Source: Candidatus Latescibacterota bacterium
GTDB taxonomy: Bacteria; Latescibacterota; UBA2968; GCA-2709665
Assembly (NCBI GenBank): GCA_965203805.1
Contig: OZ241917.1
Coordinates: 3,488,001-3,552,000, forward strand
Direction of reading: 5' to 3'
DNA: 64,000 nucleotides
Within the stretch, counting starts at the first letter, position 1; each line of letters begins with the position of its first letter. Shown piece by piece: positions 1 through 10,272 of this stretch. The notes beneath the pieces are model-generated. The model made no database searches and was not told the DNA's origin. It saw nothing but the letters and a program-made list of their open reading frames with translations. Position numbers and translations under genes: made by a program.

Positions 1-464
1 ATCACCGTGACGGCAATCAGCATGATCACGGTTCCGGCGACAACCGGCGTAATAATTCTGCGCAGGAGCGAAAGACGCGAGGCCAGGGCGAACTGAAACA
101 GCGAGGATACCACGATCAGGCTCGCCATTAAAGCCGGCCCGCCCTTCGCCAGCGCCGTAATGCACACGGCGATGAAAGCGCCGGACGTGCCCATGATGAG
201 CACGTGCCCCGCCCCGATGCGTCCAACCCTCGCGGCTTGCAGAACCGTGCTTATGCCGCTGACCACCAGCGCCGCGAAGGCGATCCAGTTCAGGTAGCTG
301 TCCGGTTGACCGGCCGCCCGGCCGATAATCACCGCGCTGAGCACCACCGGCGCCAGGACCACGACGGCGGCCTGGAAGCCGACCGCGGCGGCAGTCGAGT
401 GAGGGGGACGCTCGTCCGGTTCGTACCGGATGGTATCGATTGTACGGGATTCTTCTTCAGACAT
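1..464 (-). CDS. NCS2 (xanthine/uracil permease) family transporter, runs off window start
   Basis: Manual translation (absent from ORF track): MSEEESRTIDTIRYEPDERPP...VLQAARVGRIGAGHVLIMGTSGAF...RRIITPVVAGTVIMLIAV; GGGGGAG RBS upstream of ATG 464. Confidence 0.85.
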   Translation of the reverse strand, partial: MSEEESRTIDTIRYEPDERPPHSTAAAVGFQAAVVVLAPVVLSAVIIGRAAGQPDSYLNWIAFAALVVSGISTVLQAARVGRIGAGHVLIMGTSGAFIAVCITALAKGGPALMASLIVVSSLFQFALASRLSLLRRIITPVVAGTVIMLIAVTV

Positions 465-498
465 TCAACTCCCCCGATCGGTCCGCGTGAGAATTCTG

Positions 499-1272
499 CT
501 ACAGACGCCAGACCACGAGCATCTGCGCGATCATTTCGTCTCCGTCCGTTCCGAGCTTATTGCGCCAATATTGGAACTCCACGCCGACCATGAACTGGTT
601 GGCTTCGTCCGCCATCGCCTTGCCCGCATCCCACACCAGCTGCGGCTGCGCCAGGATCGATTCGTTGACGTCTTCCCCGAACGCATTGGAACGACCGCCG
701 ATGTATTCGGCATGCCCCGTGAACGTGAATGACTGTTCGCCCGCTTCGATGGGCAGCAGCCAGCTGACGTCGAACATGAAACTGTTGCCGGTTTTCGGTG
801 CACCGCCGCCGTCCACGCCGGTGTTGTCGTCAATATAGGCAGTCAGAGCCGTATTCAGGAACAGGAATCCCGGCACGCTCCAGGAAGCCCTTACGCCGGG
901 CAGGTATTTCAATACCTTGGCGTCGGCCCCCGCGTTGACGCCGGCAACCAGGGCGACGTCCCGAATGGGTCCCAGACGCACGTCCTTCTTCGCCAGCTTG
1001 CCGAAACTCAACGTCGGATACCACTCGGAATAAAAATCTCTGTCGTTGAAACCGTCGCTGCCGCCGTCGTCAATATAGTCCAGAAAAAAGAAACTGTCGC
1101 CCAGGGTCCATCTCGAGGCGTTCTGCACGGTAAACACCATCGTCCGGTGGCTGGACCCCGAGAATGGATTCAAATGAGAGCCGTATTGAAGGTGGAACTC
1201 CGTCTGCGCGGTCGCCGCGGCCGGAATCGCCTGCAGCACAACCCACGCAATTCCGGCGAATACCGTTTTCAT
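499..1272 (-). CDS. Tsx-like nucleoside-specific outer membrane channel
   Basis: Signal peptide, alternating beta strands, GDSFFFLD and EFQYWRNKLG segments; upstream of the NCS2 permease. Confidence 0.7.
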   Translation of the reverse strand: MKTVFAGIAWVVLQAIPAAATAQTEFHLQYGSHLNPFSGSSHRTMVFTVQNASRWTLGDSFFFLDYIDDGGSDGFNDRDFYSEWYPTLSFGKLAKKDVRLGPIRDVALVAGVNAGADAKVLKYLPGVRASWSVPGFLFLNTALTAYIDDNTGVDGGGAPKTGNSFMFDVSWLLPIEAGEQSFTFTGHAEYIGGRSNAFGEDVNESILAQPQLVWDAGKAMADEANQFMVGVEFQYWRNKLGTDGDEMIAQMLVVWRL

Positions 1273-1373
1273 TGCCCTATCCTGTTACGTTATATTGGCT
1301 GTGCGATTCGAGAGTTTTGCAGACCGGCGCGCCGAACGTCGGCAGTCGAAACGTCCTCCACAAAGGAGGCAAT

Positions 1374-2156
1374 ATGTACAAATTCAAACTGGAGATCCTT
1401 ATGGGTATCGTCCGCACCTCAATGACCTGCTGCACAGATTCAGACAATCCACCGTCCCGCCCGGACAAGGTTGCATGGGGGTACGACGCCGGTAACGGAC
1501 CGGACGTCTGGGGCCGGCTGAGCCCGGACTTTGCGCTTTGCGCCAACGGGACGCGACAGTCTCCCGTGGACCTTCGCGACCCGACGGAGCAGAAGCTCCC
1601 GCCAATCGTCTTCAGCTACCGGCCGGGCGCGCTGGATATCCGCAATACCGGGCACACCATCGAGGCGACGCCCACCGTGGAGAACCGGATCGAAGTTGCC
1701 GGCGAAAAATACAGCCTGCTGCAATACCATTTCCACGCGCCGTCCGAACACACGGTGGAAGGAAAATCATTCGACATGGAGATGCACCTCGTTCACCGGA
1801 ACGAAGAAGGCGCGCTGGCCGTCATTGGTGTGCTGATCGAGAAAGGAAACCCGCTCATCGCATTCGATGGAATCCGGCCGCATTTTCCGCACGCGCCGGG
1901 CGAGAAAAAACGAATTGACGGCGCCGCTGTCAACGCCGGTGATTTGATGCCGCGAAGCAAACGCTCGTACCGATATGAAGGCTCCCTGACGACCCCGCCC
2001 TGCTCCGAGGCCGTCAAATGGATTGTGATGGCAACGCCTGTCCAACTTTCAGAGACGCAGATTGGAGCGTTCGCAAACATCTTTCACAAAAATAACCGGC
2101 CGGTACAGGCGCTGAACGGCCGCGAGATTCTCGTGGATATCGGAGACGGGAATTAA
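1374..2156 (+). CDS. Alpha-class carbonic anhydrase
   Basis: QSPVD, zinc ligands in HFHAPSEH and EMHLVH, GSLTTPPCSE, NNRPVQ; AAGGAGG RBS before ATG 1374. Confidence 0.93.
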   Translation: MYKFKLEILMGIVRTSMTCCTDSDNPPSRPDKVAWGYDAGNGPDVWGRLSPDFALCANGTRQSPVDLRDPTEQKLPPIVFSYRPGALDIRNTGHTIEATPTVENRIEVAGEKYSLLQYHFHAPSEHTVEGKSFDMEMHLVHRNEEGALAVIGVLIEKGNPLIAFDGIRPHFPHAPGEKKRIDGAAVNAGDLMPRSKRSYRYEGSLTTPPCSEAVKWIVMATPVQLSETQIGAFANIFHKNNRPVQALNGREILVDIGDGN

Positions 2157-2306
2157 TCGGTGACCGGGAGGTTGAAGAAACGGGGGAGGTTTTCCCGCGG
2201 TTCCGACTTCAAATCCGCCGGCGCCGGCCTGTGCGGCTTCCGGCAAGTCCACGCCCAACAGGCTGCCTGCCGGACTTGCGGGGGCGCCAATCCGTCCGCG
2301 GCTCGC

Positions 2307-3611
2307 TCAGGATTTGCCGGGCGCCGGAATCCCGTATCGCTGTAACGTGCTCGCCAGCGTGGGACGCCCCAGGCGAATCCTGCCGTCGTTCAACAGATAA
2401 GAGAACAGATATCCGGCGCCGAGCATGAGGATCCCGATCAGGAAGCAATACATGACCGCTCGGTCCGGATAGACATCCTTGAGATATCCGACGTACAGGG
2501 GACCCGAGATACCCGCGGCCGCCCATGCCGTCAGGACGGCGCCGTAAATGGTGGACATCTTCTTCGTACCGAAAACGTCCAGGACGAAAGGCGGCATGGT
2601 CGCGAATCCGCCGCCGAAGCAGAGCAGGACGTAACAGACCAGGGCCGAGAATATCCAGGGATTCGTCTCCGTCATGAGGATGCCGAAGACGACCATCTGG
2701 CTGGCGAGGAGGACCCTGAAAACCGTGACCCGGCCGAAACGGTCCGAAAGCAGCCCCCAGAACAGACGCCCCAATCCGTTGCAGATGGAGCTTACCGCGA
2801 TAAGCGTCGCTCCGTATTCAGCCAGCGTGCTCGGCTCGATGGAACTGTCCGCCAGGCCCCAGATCTCCTGGAGAATTTCCGACTGGAAGCTGATGACCGA
2901 GATCCCCGCTGCAATATTAAAGAAAAAGACGATCCACATAATCACGAACTGGGTCGTCTTCAGATAGGTCACTGCGGAATCCGGCTCCCCGACATCCATC
3001 GCCTCATCGGCTGCGCCGCCCGCGGGCGCGGCTGACGCAGGCGGATCGCTGAGGGCGAGGCTGCAGGGAAGCAGAATGGCGCCGAATACAATCCCCAGCC
3101 AGATGAATACAAGCGGAAGCGTGCCCTCTGTTGTTACGATCAGGAACGGCGCCAGTCCCTTGCTCAGCAGGAAGGCGCCGACGCCGAAGCCCATGACCAC
3201 GATCCCCGTGGCCAGGCCCTTGCGGTCCGGGAACCATTTGGCCACCGTGGCGACCGGCGTGACGTATCCAAGTCCGATACCGGCGCCGCCTATCACGCCG
3301 TAGCCCAGATAAAACAGCGGTATCGAATCCACGTGAAGCGCGGCCCCGGAGATCAGGTATCCACAGGAAAACAGGATGCTGCCGGTCAACGCCAGGAACC
3401 GCGGGCCCAACCGGGAAAGCATATTGCCCGCCCAGGCCGCCGAGACGCCCAGCGTAAAAATCGCAATACTGAAAGCCCACGCGGTTTCGGTGTGGGTCCA
3501 GCCCCCCTGACGCACCAGGATCGTCTGGAAGAAACTCCAGGCGTAGACCGTGCCGAAGCACACCTGCAGGATCGTGCAGAAGACTGCGATAACGCATCTT
3601 GGAATACGCAA
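2307..3611 (-). CDS. MFS transporter, oxalate:formate antiporter (OFA) family
   Basis: 12 hydrophobic segments; GTVYAWS, GLGYVTPVATVAKWFPDRKGLATG, NGLGRLFWGLLSDRFGR. Confidence 0.9.
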   Translation of the reverse strand: MRIPRCVIAVFCTILQVCFGTVYAWSFFQTILVRQGGWTHTETAWAFSIAIFTLGVSAAWAGNMLSRLGPRFLALTGSILFSCGYLISGAALHVDSIPLFYLGYGVIGGAGIGLGYVTPVATVAKWFPDRKGLATGIVVMGFGVGAFLLSKGLAPFLIVTTEGTLPLVFIWLGIVFGAILLPCSLALSDPPASAAPAGGAADEAMDVGEPDSAVTYLKTTQFVIMWIVFFFNIAAGISVISFQSEILQEIWGLADSSIEPSTLAEYGATLIAVSSICNGLGRLFWGLLSDRFGRVTVFRVLLASQMVVFGILMTETNPWIFSALVCYVLLCFGGGFATMPPFVLDVFGTKKMSTIYGAVLTAWAAAGISGPLYVGYLKDVYPDRAVMYCFLIGILMLGAGYLFSYLLNDGRIRLGRPTLASTLQRYGIPAPGKS

Positions 3612-3625
3612 CCCCGATCCTCCGT

Positions 3626-4369
3626 TTAACGTTGCTTTGCCGCGGCGTCCCCCGCCCCCTCGGTATCTGGCGAGTTCCCCGATACGTACCGAAACAGGCG
3701 CGCAAGGTCGCCGACTTCATCGTCGCGGGCAAGCAGCTCGTCGTCGTCCGGCTTCTCACGACTTCGATCCTCGGCCAGGTCCACGGCGTAGGAAAGAAGC
3801 CCTCCCAGCGGCTTTGCGGCAAGGTTTACCAGCCAGATCGACGCCAGGACGCCAACAACAAGAAAGATGCTGATGAGAATGACCTGCTGGCCGATGGCGC
3901 GCTGGATCTTGAGTGCGACAATGTCCAGGTCCATTCCCACATGGACCGTGCCGGCAACGCCGGCCAGAATCGGGCTTCCCACCTCCAGAAAGTCGCCCAG
4001 ACCGGGTATGCTTCGTTCAACCGGTTCGGTGCTGGACGGATCGCTCGCGAGGATTTCCTCGGGGATGCCCGGAACGAAGGTATGCGCCAGATACTCGCCC
4101 TTTTCACTGGTAATATAGATGTAGCGGATGCCCTGAATCTCGACGAACTGATCGATCATCGACTGCAGCGTCGCAAGATTCCGGTTCAGGAGGATGTCCA
4201 CGCTGGCGTTGGCGATGGTCTTCGCGATGTCCTTGCTGTTGGACGCGTACTCCGCCGACAATTGCGTGTCTACCGTGTAGATGCACAGGAAAGACGTCGA
4301 CAGTACGATCAGCCCGAAAAGCGCAAAGATACCGAACCTGGTCTTCTGAAACAGCTTTTGGATTTTCAT
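3626..4369 (-). CDS. Two-TM membrane sensor-like protein with degenerate HAMP and no output domain
   Basis: TM, periplasmic Cache-like region (LAHTFVPGIP), TM, RDDEVGDLARLF, then stop. Confidence 0.65.
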   Translation of the reverse strand: MKIQKLFQKTRFGIFALFGLIVLSTSFLCIYTVDTQLSAEYASNSKDIAKTIANASVDILLNRNLATLQSMIDQFVEIQGIRYIYITSEKGEYLAHTFVPGIPEEILASDPSSTEPVERSIPGLGDFLEVGSPILAGVAGTVHVGMDLDIVALKIQRAIGQQVILISIFLVVGVLASIWLVNLAAKPLGGLLSYAVDLAEDRSREKPDDDELLARDDEVGDLARLFRYVSGNSPDTEGAGDAAAKQR

Positions 4370-4370
4370 A

Positions 4371-5738
4371 TTACGAAAGCCAGCTTTCCCAGTCGTCCAG
4401 CGTCACAAAGCGGCCGTCCTGAACGACGGTATAGTAAACGGTTTGCAGCCCCTGTCGCCGGTTGGGTCCGAAAGAAACCCGCTCCCCGATGCCGAGATCG
4501 AAGTCCCGAACCGAGAAGACCGCGTCTTCCAGCCCCATCCTGCTGGGAATGTCTCCCAGGCGCCGGAGAATCTCGGTCATCAGCTTCGCGTCCAGAAAGC
4601 CCTCCAGGCTGACAAAGCTCTGCTCGAACGGGCTATAGGGCTCTTTGACCAGTTCCGTCGGAACAGCCGGATTGTATCGCGCCATCAACTCGCGGTACTC
4701 TCTCACGGCTGGAATGGAAGTGTCTTCGTAACTGGGCACGACCTGGGAATTGACGAGATACCGGGTGTACGTCTCCGCGTCGTCGCGGTCCTCGCTGAGC
4801 AGATGCAGCAGATTCTCGCTGCCCACGAACGAAAGATTGGCGATCGGGACCCTTAGGCCCAGGTCGACCGCGTCGCGGGCGAACGCGGCGCACGCGGCGT
4901 ATGATCCGATGCAGATGACGGCGTCCGGTGAAACGCCTTGCAGGATTTCCACCTGCCGCCTCATGCTTCCGGTGAACCTTTGACCGCGGCGGTAGGTCGC
5001 CTCGCCGGCGAGTCGTTTGCCGTGCGCCTTCAGTGCGGCTCTCACGCCCGCCCAACCACTGCGGCCGTACGCGTCGGCCTGGTAGAACACGGCGATCCGC
5101 TTTCTGCCCGTCCGAACGAAATTGTCCACGAGACCGGCGGTTTCCTGGCGGTAGGACGCCCTGAGATTGAACGCGAAATCACCGTATGGCGGCTCCCGTT
5201 GCGGCTGAGCGCCGGTAAACGGAAAGAAAAGATAGACCCGCTCGTCCTGGAATTTCTTCAACAGCGGCAGGGCGCGAGTCACGGTCGGCGTACCTACGTA
5301 CCCGAACAAAAGGAACACGCGGTCTTCCACCATGAGCTTCATGGTGTTCTTCACGCACGGGTCGGGCTGGTAGCCGTCGTCATAAAGCTTGAAGACGATC
5401 CGGCGGCCGCCAACCCCGCCATTCTCGTTGACGTAATTGAAGTAGGACCTGGCGCCCCGGTAGAGCTCGCTGCCCAGCCCCCGGGAGGGCCCGGAAAAAG
5501 CGGCGGACATGCCCAGGACGATCTTGCCGTCATATACGCCTTCAGAGCCGTCGCCACTTTCGGAGTTTTCTGCTGAAACCCCCTCTGATCCTCCTGTTTG
5601 GGCGCCAACGTCGCGCCAACCTCCCCACGATAGCGCCAGCAGCCCGAAAAGGCCTCGGCGGAGCAACGACCTTCGCGTAAGATCAAACGCAGGATCGTTC
5701 CGTGCGTCGCGTCCGTCGGTCCAATTTGGAAAAACCAT
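4371..5738 (-). CDS. Type 1 periplasmic binding protein (branched-chain amino acid/ligand-binding family), Tat signal
   Basis: TRRSLL Tat motif; GMSAAFSGP, DDGYQP, GYVGTPT, FNLRASY, EGFLDA. Confidence 0.88.
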   Translation of the reverse strand: MVFPNWTDGRDARNDPAFDLTRRSLLRRGLFGLLALSWGGWRDVGAQTGGSEGVSAENSESGDGSEGVYDGKIVLGMSAAFSGPSRGLGSELYRGARSYFNYVNENGGVGGRRIVFKLYDDGYQPDPCVKNTMKLMVEDRVFLLFGYVGTPTVTRALPLLKKFQDERVYLFFPFTGAQPQREPPYGDFAFNLRASYRQETAGLVDNFVRTGRKRIAVFYQADAYGRSGWAGVRAALKAHGKRLAGEATYRRGQRFTGSMRRQVEILQGVSPDAVICIGSYAACAAFARDAVDLGLRVPIANLSFVGSENLLHLLSEDRDDAETYTRYLVNSQVVPSYEDTSIPAVREYRELMARYNPAVPTELVKEPYSPFEQSFVSLEGFLDAKLMTEILRRLGDIPSRMGLEDAVFSVRDFDLGIGERVSFGPNRRQGLQTVYYTVVQDGRFVTLDDWESWLS

Positions 5739-5819
5739 GCCGTTCCTCTTCAGCTGAAATACGGATTTGCCTGAAGCACCGGGGATTCCCCGCCAATGCG
5801 ATCGCAGGCCGATCGTTCC

Positions 5820-6935
5820 TCAGAAATTGTACGTAAAGTGGATATCGAGCCGGTTGGCGATTCCGTCGTTCGTTCCCTTGTACGTGGTTTTCCAGTACAA
5901 ATATTCGACCGCCACCTGTAATGGCTTCCAGGGCCGATATCGGCCGACAGCGTAGAAGGCGCCATTCCTGGTACGCCCGCCCGAGGGCACGGCATCCTCG
6001 TCCGGCCTCTCCATCGTTGCCCCGGCATAGAGCTTCCACCGGGCATTCGGCATGATCACGATCTGGGCCCACCCGCCGGTGGAGGCGATCTCTTCGCCCG
6101 TTGCGGTGTTGACGCCCTGACCGATGCCGCCGCGAATATCCGTGAGGTTCCTGCCGGTCCAGCCTTCACCCTGAACAGTCAACTGGTCAGTGAGCGAAAT
6201 GGAAGCATCAACGCCAACGGCGGACGAGGTGAATCGGGTCTGGCCACCCACGGGTGTTGCGGTCTCTTCCGTTCCCAGGTGGGCCCACGCGCCGGCCTTG
6301 AATTTAGGCTGTTCCAGCCCCAGCCGCGTCTGCAGAAACGGCAATGCGGCGTCCCAGCCATCCAGAATGCCGTTCCTGTCCAGGTCCTTCTTGTCCACGG
6401 CTCCGGTCTGGCCCGCCGCCACGGCCAGGGAAAAGCCGCCTTTCGGTTTGTACGTGAGCCTCGCCTGGGGATGCCGGTCTCCCAGGTTGCCCGCGTGCCA
6501 CATCAGACCGTCATTGTTGGCGATCGGAAAGATCGGCGAAATCACGTCCCAGCACTGGCCGGCGAGAAAATGCCAGTCCCCCCGCTGCAGATTGAAATAG
6601 GCCTGCCGGAGGCGCAGGATCTGGCGCGATTCACTGCCTCCGTTCTGAAAATCGATCTCGACCAGGCCGCTGATGCTGGAGGTCTCGTCCAATTTCACGG
6701 GCTTGAATCTGGCGCCGAGGCGGGTGAGACGCGGGTACATGGTCAAATTGCCATCGGTTTCGGCGCCGGGGTCTTCCGGCTTGACCCAGAAGCCGAATTG
6801 GTGGCTTTGCATCTTCGAATCGTCGATTACGGCGTCGAAACGGACAAAACCGTAAACCGAGAATTCTCCGGCATCGGCCGAATTCCCCCCGCTCAACAGG
6901 CAGGCCAACATTGCTGCGGCGATAGCCTTTTTCAA
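5820..6935 (-). CDS. DcaP-like outer membrane porin
   Basis: Signal peptide from TTG 6935 (AAAGGAG RBS); YGFVRFD, TRLG, RLRQAY, LAGQ, terminal YNF. Confidence 0.75.
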   Translation of the reverse strand: MKKAIAAAMLACLLSGGNSADAGEFSVYGFVRFDAVIDDSKMQSHQFGFWVKPEDPGAETDGNLTMYPRLTRLGARFKPVKLDETSSISGLVEIDFQNGGSESRQILRLRQAYFNLQRGDWHFLAGQCWDVISPIFPIANNDGLMWHAGNLGDRHPQARLTYKPKGGFSLAVAAGQTGAVDKKDLDRNGILDGWDAALPFLQTRLGLEQPKFKAGAWAHLGTEETATPVGGQTRFTSSAVGVDASISLTDQLTVQGEGWTGRNLTDIRGGIGQGVNTATGEEIASTGGWAQIVIMPNARWKLYAGATMERPDEDAVPSGGRTRNGAFYAVGRYRPWKPLQVAVEYLYWKTTYKGTNDGIANRLDIHFTYNF

Positions 6936-7034
6936 GAATCCGCTCCTTTGCAGAAGAGTACCCAGATCCGACAGAACGTTTGCGACGAATCCCAGCAAAC
7001 CGCCGGCATTTCCAGCTTCTGGCGCCAGCGGGAT

Positions 7035-7268
7035 CTATTCTTCAGCCGCCTCTTCCGCTTTATCGCCGTTTTGTGCGCGGACGCGTTCCACGTAGGACCG
7101 GCCCCTGCTTACGGCTTTATCCACGTTGCGTCGAACGGACTGGCGGGTTTCAATACCGCTTCTGGGCGCCAGCATCACACCGGCGATGATTCCAAGTGCC
7201 ATTCCGATGATTGCGCCCAGGCCGAATATGCCCAGAAACAGACTCACGTCGTTCGTCTCGCGATCCAC
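7035..7268 (-). CDS. YtxH domain protein
   Basis: Gly-rich TM segment followed by LAPRSGIETR. Confidence 0.75.
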   Translation of the reverse strand: MDRETNDVSLFLGIFGLGAIIGMALGIIAGVMLAPRSGIETRQSVRRNVDKAVSRGRSYVERVRAQNGDKAEEAAEE

Positions 7269-7324
7269 CGAAGCCTCCTCGTCAGTTGGTTGTCCCGCAA
7301 TAGTATTCTCACACGAATCTCTAA

Positions 7325-7353
7325 CTTATAATGCAAATTATCAGAATAGTCAA
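7325..7353 (-). promoter_or_regulatory. Sigma70-like promoter upstream of the ytxH/porin genes
   Basis: Minus strand TTGACT-17 nt-TATAAG in an AT-rich patch. Confidence 0.5.
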
Positions 7354-7476
7354 TGCATTTGGGGAAATCCGCGCGGAAACGGCGGGTATATATCGCGGAA
7401 CAGACGATTCGGTTTCGGCAATCTCCGCGGAACAGAGGCGCCGACAATCGGTCGATTCAGCGGGGACCCGCCGCAA

Positions 7477-8748
7477 TCAGCGATCGTAGAACCACGCCAG
7501 CGGATAGACACGCAGTACCAGTTCCCCGGGCTTTCTGGCCGTCAGCCTGCGTTCACCGAGCGTCACGGCCTCGCCCGTTTCCTCATTCGCCTCCACCCAG
7601 CTTCGATGGTACATCAGCAGCACCCGGTCCCCGTGAAACCATACGTTCGCGTAATCGAACGTGGCGAAGTCCTCCGGCAGCGTTCCCAGTTCCGGAAGCG
7701 CGACGACGGGACTGACCGGATACTGAGGGGGAACCCGCGCCACGTCCTCCATGCCGCCGCTGAGTTCGATCGTCCGGAAGTGCGACCAGCTGGCCCCGTT
7801 GTCGCTCGAAACCGCGGCTGACAACCTGCCGCGCCGGTACCCTCTCAGGATCTCCTCGCGCGACGTCTGGTTCCAGACGCACATCAGGTCGCCGGTACCC
7901 GGAATCCGCCTGATCCTGGACGGCGAATAGGAAGCGGCGAGATCGCTGGGAACCACCGGCGTCCAGGTCTCGCCGCCGTCCTCGCTGTAGCTCTGCACCA
8001 GCCGCCCCACCGTGGACCTCGCCATCATCATCAGCCGTCCATCCGGACACGCCGCCACGCCGGGCTCATCCACAGCGGTAATGCCGCCCCGGCCGTTCGG
8101 AATGCCCTCGGCATCGAACCAGCCCATCAGCTGACCCCGACACATCTGCCAGGTGCGGCCTTCGTCGTCCGAATAACTCACCGAAGCAATATCCACCTCC
8201 GGGTAATGATAGTGCCCGCTCACCTGCAGGCGGCGCCCTTTCCAGAACCCGTAGCTGCTCACGCGCGAGTACTCCAGCCCCGAGTGATGGTTGTTGCCGT
8301 GGCAGATCCGGCTCGGCATCACCATCCGGCCGCCGGGCATCTGGATCATCGTGTCGTAATACGGTCCGCCGAGCAGATTCATCGGCCATTCTCCGGACCA
8401 GGACCTGCCCTCGTCGTCCGATACCGAAAGGAAAAACGGGTTCCAGTTGAACATCTCGGACCCGCGATGTCGATTCCCGCGACCGAGGTGCGCGAGGGCC
8501 AGCCTGCCCGACGACAACCGGATGCAGGACAGGCAGGAGGTTTCGCCAAGCGAATCCCAGTCCGGCGCATCCGTACCTACCCAGGTCAGCCCTGAGTCTT
8601 CGGACCGGTAACACCTGCGGCCCGCGATCATCATCAGCCCGTCTTGTACCTCAACGACGGCCGTTGCGCTTCCGGCGCCCAGGCCGATATGTTCTGTAAC
8701 GCCTTCAGGCAAAGCCTTGCGAAATATAGGCTTTCCCGGATCGGTCAT
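7477..8748 (-). CDS. BNR/Asp-box sialidase-like beta-propeller protein
   Basis: Five Asp-boxes: SEDSGLTW, SDDEGRSW, SDDEGRTW, SEDGGETW, SSDNGASW. Confidence 0.85.
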   Translation of the reverse strand: MTDPGKPIFRKALPEGVTEHIGLGAGSATAVVEVQDGLMMIAGRRCYRSEDSGLTWVGTDAPDWDSLGETSCLSCIRLSSGRLALAHLGRGNRHRGSEMFNWNPFFLSVSDDEGRSWSGEWPMNLLGGPYYDTMIQMPGGRMVMPSRICHGNNHHSGLEYSRVSSYGFWKGRRLQVSGHYHYPEVDIASVSYSDDEGRTWQMCRGQLMGWFDAEGIPNGRGGITAVDEPGVAACPDGRLMMMARSTVGRLVQSYSEDGGETWTPVVPSDLAASYSPSRIRRIPGTGDLMCVWNQTSREEILRGYRRGRLSAAVSSDNGASWSHFRTIELSGGMEDVARVPPQYPVSPVVALPELGTLPEDFATFDYANVWFHGDRVLLMYHRSWVEANEETGEAVTLGERRLTARKPGELVLRVYPLAWFYDR

Positions 8749-8843
8749 GCGTATGTCCTCCCTGGTCCCGCAACGTTCGCATTCGTGATCTCATGGACGG
8801 CATCTCGGCTGTGAAGGGCATTCGGCGGCGCAAGTGCCATTCC

Positions 8844-10226
8844 CTACCTGAAACGTATGGCGTAGAGGTCGGCCGCTCTCATTGCCGCGCGAAGACGCAC
8901 AGGCCTTCCTGCCAGGGCCGACACGTCCGGACCGTTGTCCCAGCGGACCGTCCGCGCGATCTCGTCACCGAAGATCCCGGCGCTTTCCGAGAGCGTGCGG
9001 CCGGCGATGGGGCGGCCCTGCTCGTCCTGCATCTCGAACCGGATTTCGCCGGCCACGGAGGTGGAGTAGTTGATGACCAGCTCACTGCCTGCGAAGGTGA
9101 AGGGCCTGGTTACCATCTCGCCGCCGCAGAAGGGCGCGTTGACGGAGACGAAACCGTCGGTCCGAAGGACGCCTCGACGGAGCCGGCACGTCGGGTTCCG
9201 GTAGTTCTCTACGTAATAGATCGAAATCTCCCCGGGTCCGGTGGGCACGACGCCGACGCCGGCGGCCATGTTCCGCTCATTCCAGTTCCTCGAGTCAAGG
9301 CCGGGGCGGATGAACGGACCCATAAACCGGCGGTCCCACCGGATGCCGTCCCGGCTGGTCATGAAGACCCCCTCGGAAAGGCCGTCGAACGGCCATTCCT
9401 TGTGGAACTTCCGGCCCAGGCGAAGCCGTTTGGGGAACATCATGTAGTTGTGCGGAGCGCGGAAGTAGAGGGTCGCCGCGTTGGTGTACAGGTGCTCCGT
9501 CTGCCTTCCGCCCATGTCGATCAGCTCCGGCACGGTCCAGTCCAGAAAGTCGTCCGACTCGGCCCTCCGAATCGAGCGGTATACGCCACCCTTAGCCGGA
9601 CCGGTACCACGATCGCAATCGGGCGTGAAACCCCTCAAGTAGGCGACGTACTTGCGAATATTGACGTCCCAGAAGGCCACGTTGGGGGAGTCGAAGACGG
9701 GACGGTCGTCGGGCGGCGCATGCAGGATCGGCCCGTCCCGGATCAGCTCCCAATGGATGCCGTCGGGCGAACCATAGCCGTAAATCGTGGAGCGTCCGTC
9801 CAGCTTTTCGCCCCTCAGGAATCCCTTGTACCGCTGTGAGTCCGGCGCCGCCGGATTGGGGTCCTTGAAGACGCAGGCGTTCCAGTGCACGGCCCCCATG
9901 ACGATATTGTTCTCCTTCGAGCCGTCGAACTCGTGGAGCCCGAGGATCGGACGCTCGAAGTGGATGCCGTCCGGGCTTTCGGCGTAACAGGTCGTGCGGT
10001 TCGTTCCATCAGGGCCGGTGGCGCGGTACCAGAGGCGGTAGCGCCCGTCGTCGAGGGTGACGTTGGCTGCCCACGACGTCTCCCCTTCCCAGGGTTGGTC
10101 GAAGTCGAGGGCGACCTCCGCAGGCACTGGAGGATGGAGCTTGAGGCTCGTGTCCGTCATCGTGTCGATCAGCCAGTCGTCGACGAACAGTTCAAGCCTG
10201 GAGCCAATGTTTCTCACGCCGGCCAT
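8844..10226 (-). CDS. Five-bladed beta-propeller glycoside hydrolase-like protein
   Basis: ELFVDD, YAESPDGIHF, SPDGIHW, SRDGIRW, LRTDGFVS, ADLYAIRF. Confidence 0.7.
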   Translation of the reverse strand: MAGVRNIGSRLELFVDDWLIDTMTDTSLKLHPPVPAEVALDFDQPWEGETSWAANVTLDDGRYRLWYRATGPDGTNRTTCYAESPDGIHFERPILGLHEFDGSKENNIVMGAVHWNACVFKDPNPAAPDSQRYKGFLRGEKLDGRSTIYGYGSPDGIHWELIRDGPILHAPPDDRPVFDSPNVAFWDVNIRKYVAYLRGFTPDCDRGTGPAKGGVYRSIRRAESDDFLDWTVPELIDMGGRQTEHLYTNAATLYFRAPHNYMMFPKRLRLGRKFHKEWPFDGLSEGVFMTSRDGIRWDRRFMGPFIRPGLDSRNWNERNMAAGVGVVPTGPGEISIYYVENYRNPTCRLRRGVLRTDGFVSVNAPFCGGEMVTRPFTFAGSELVINYSTSVAGEIRFEMQDEQGRPIAGRTLSESAGIFGDEIARTVRWDNGPDVSALAGRPVRLRAAMRAADLYAIRFR

Positions 10227-10272
10227 GGATCATCCTCCTGACATGCCGATACTGCAACTACCGGCTGACCTG

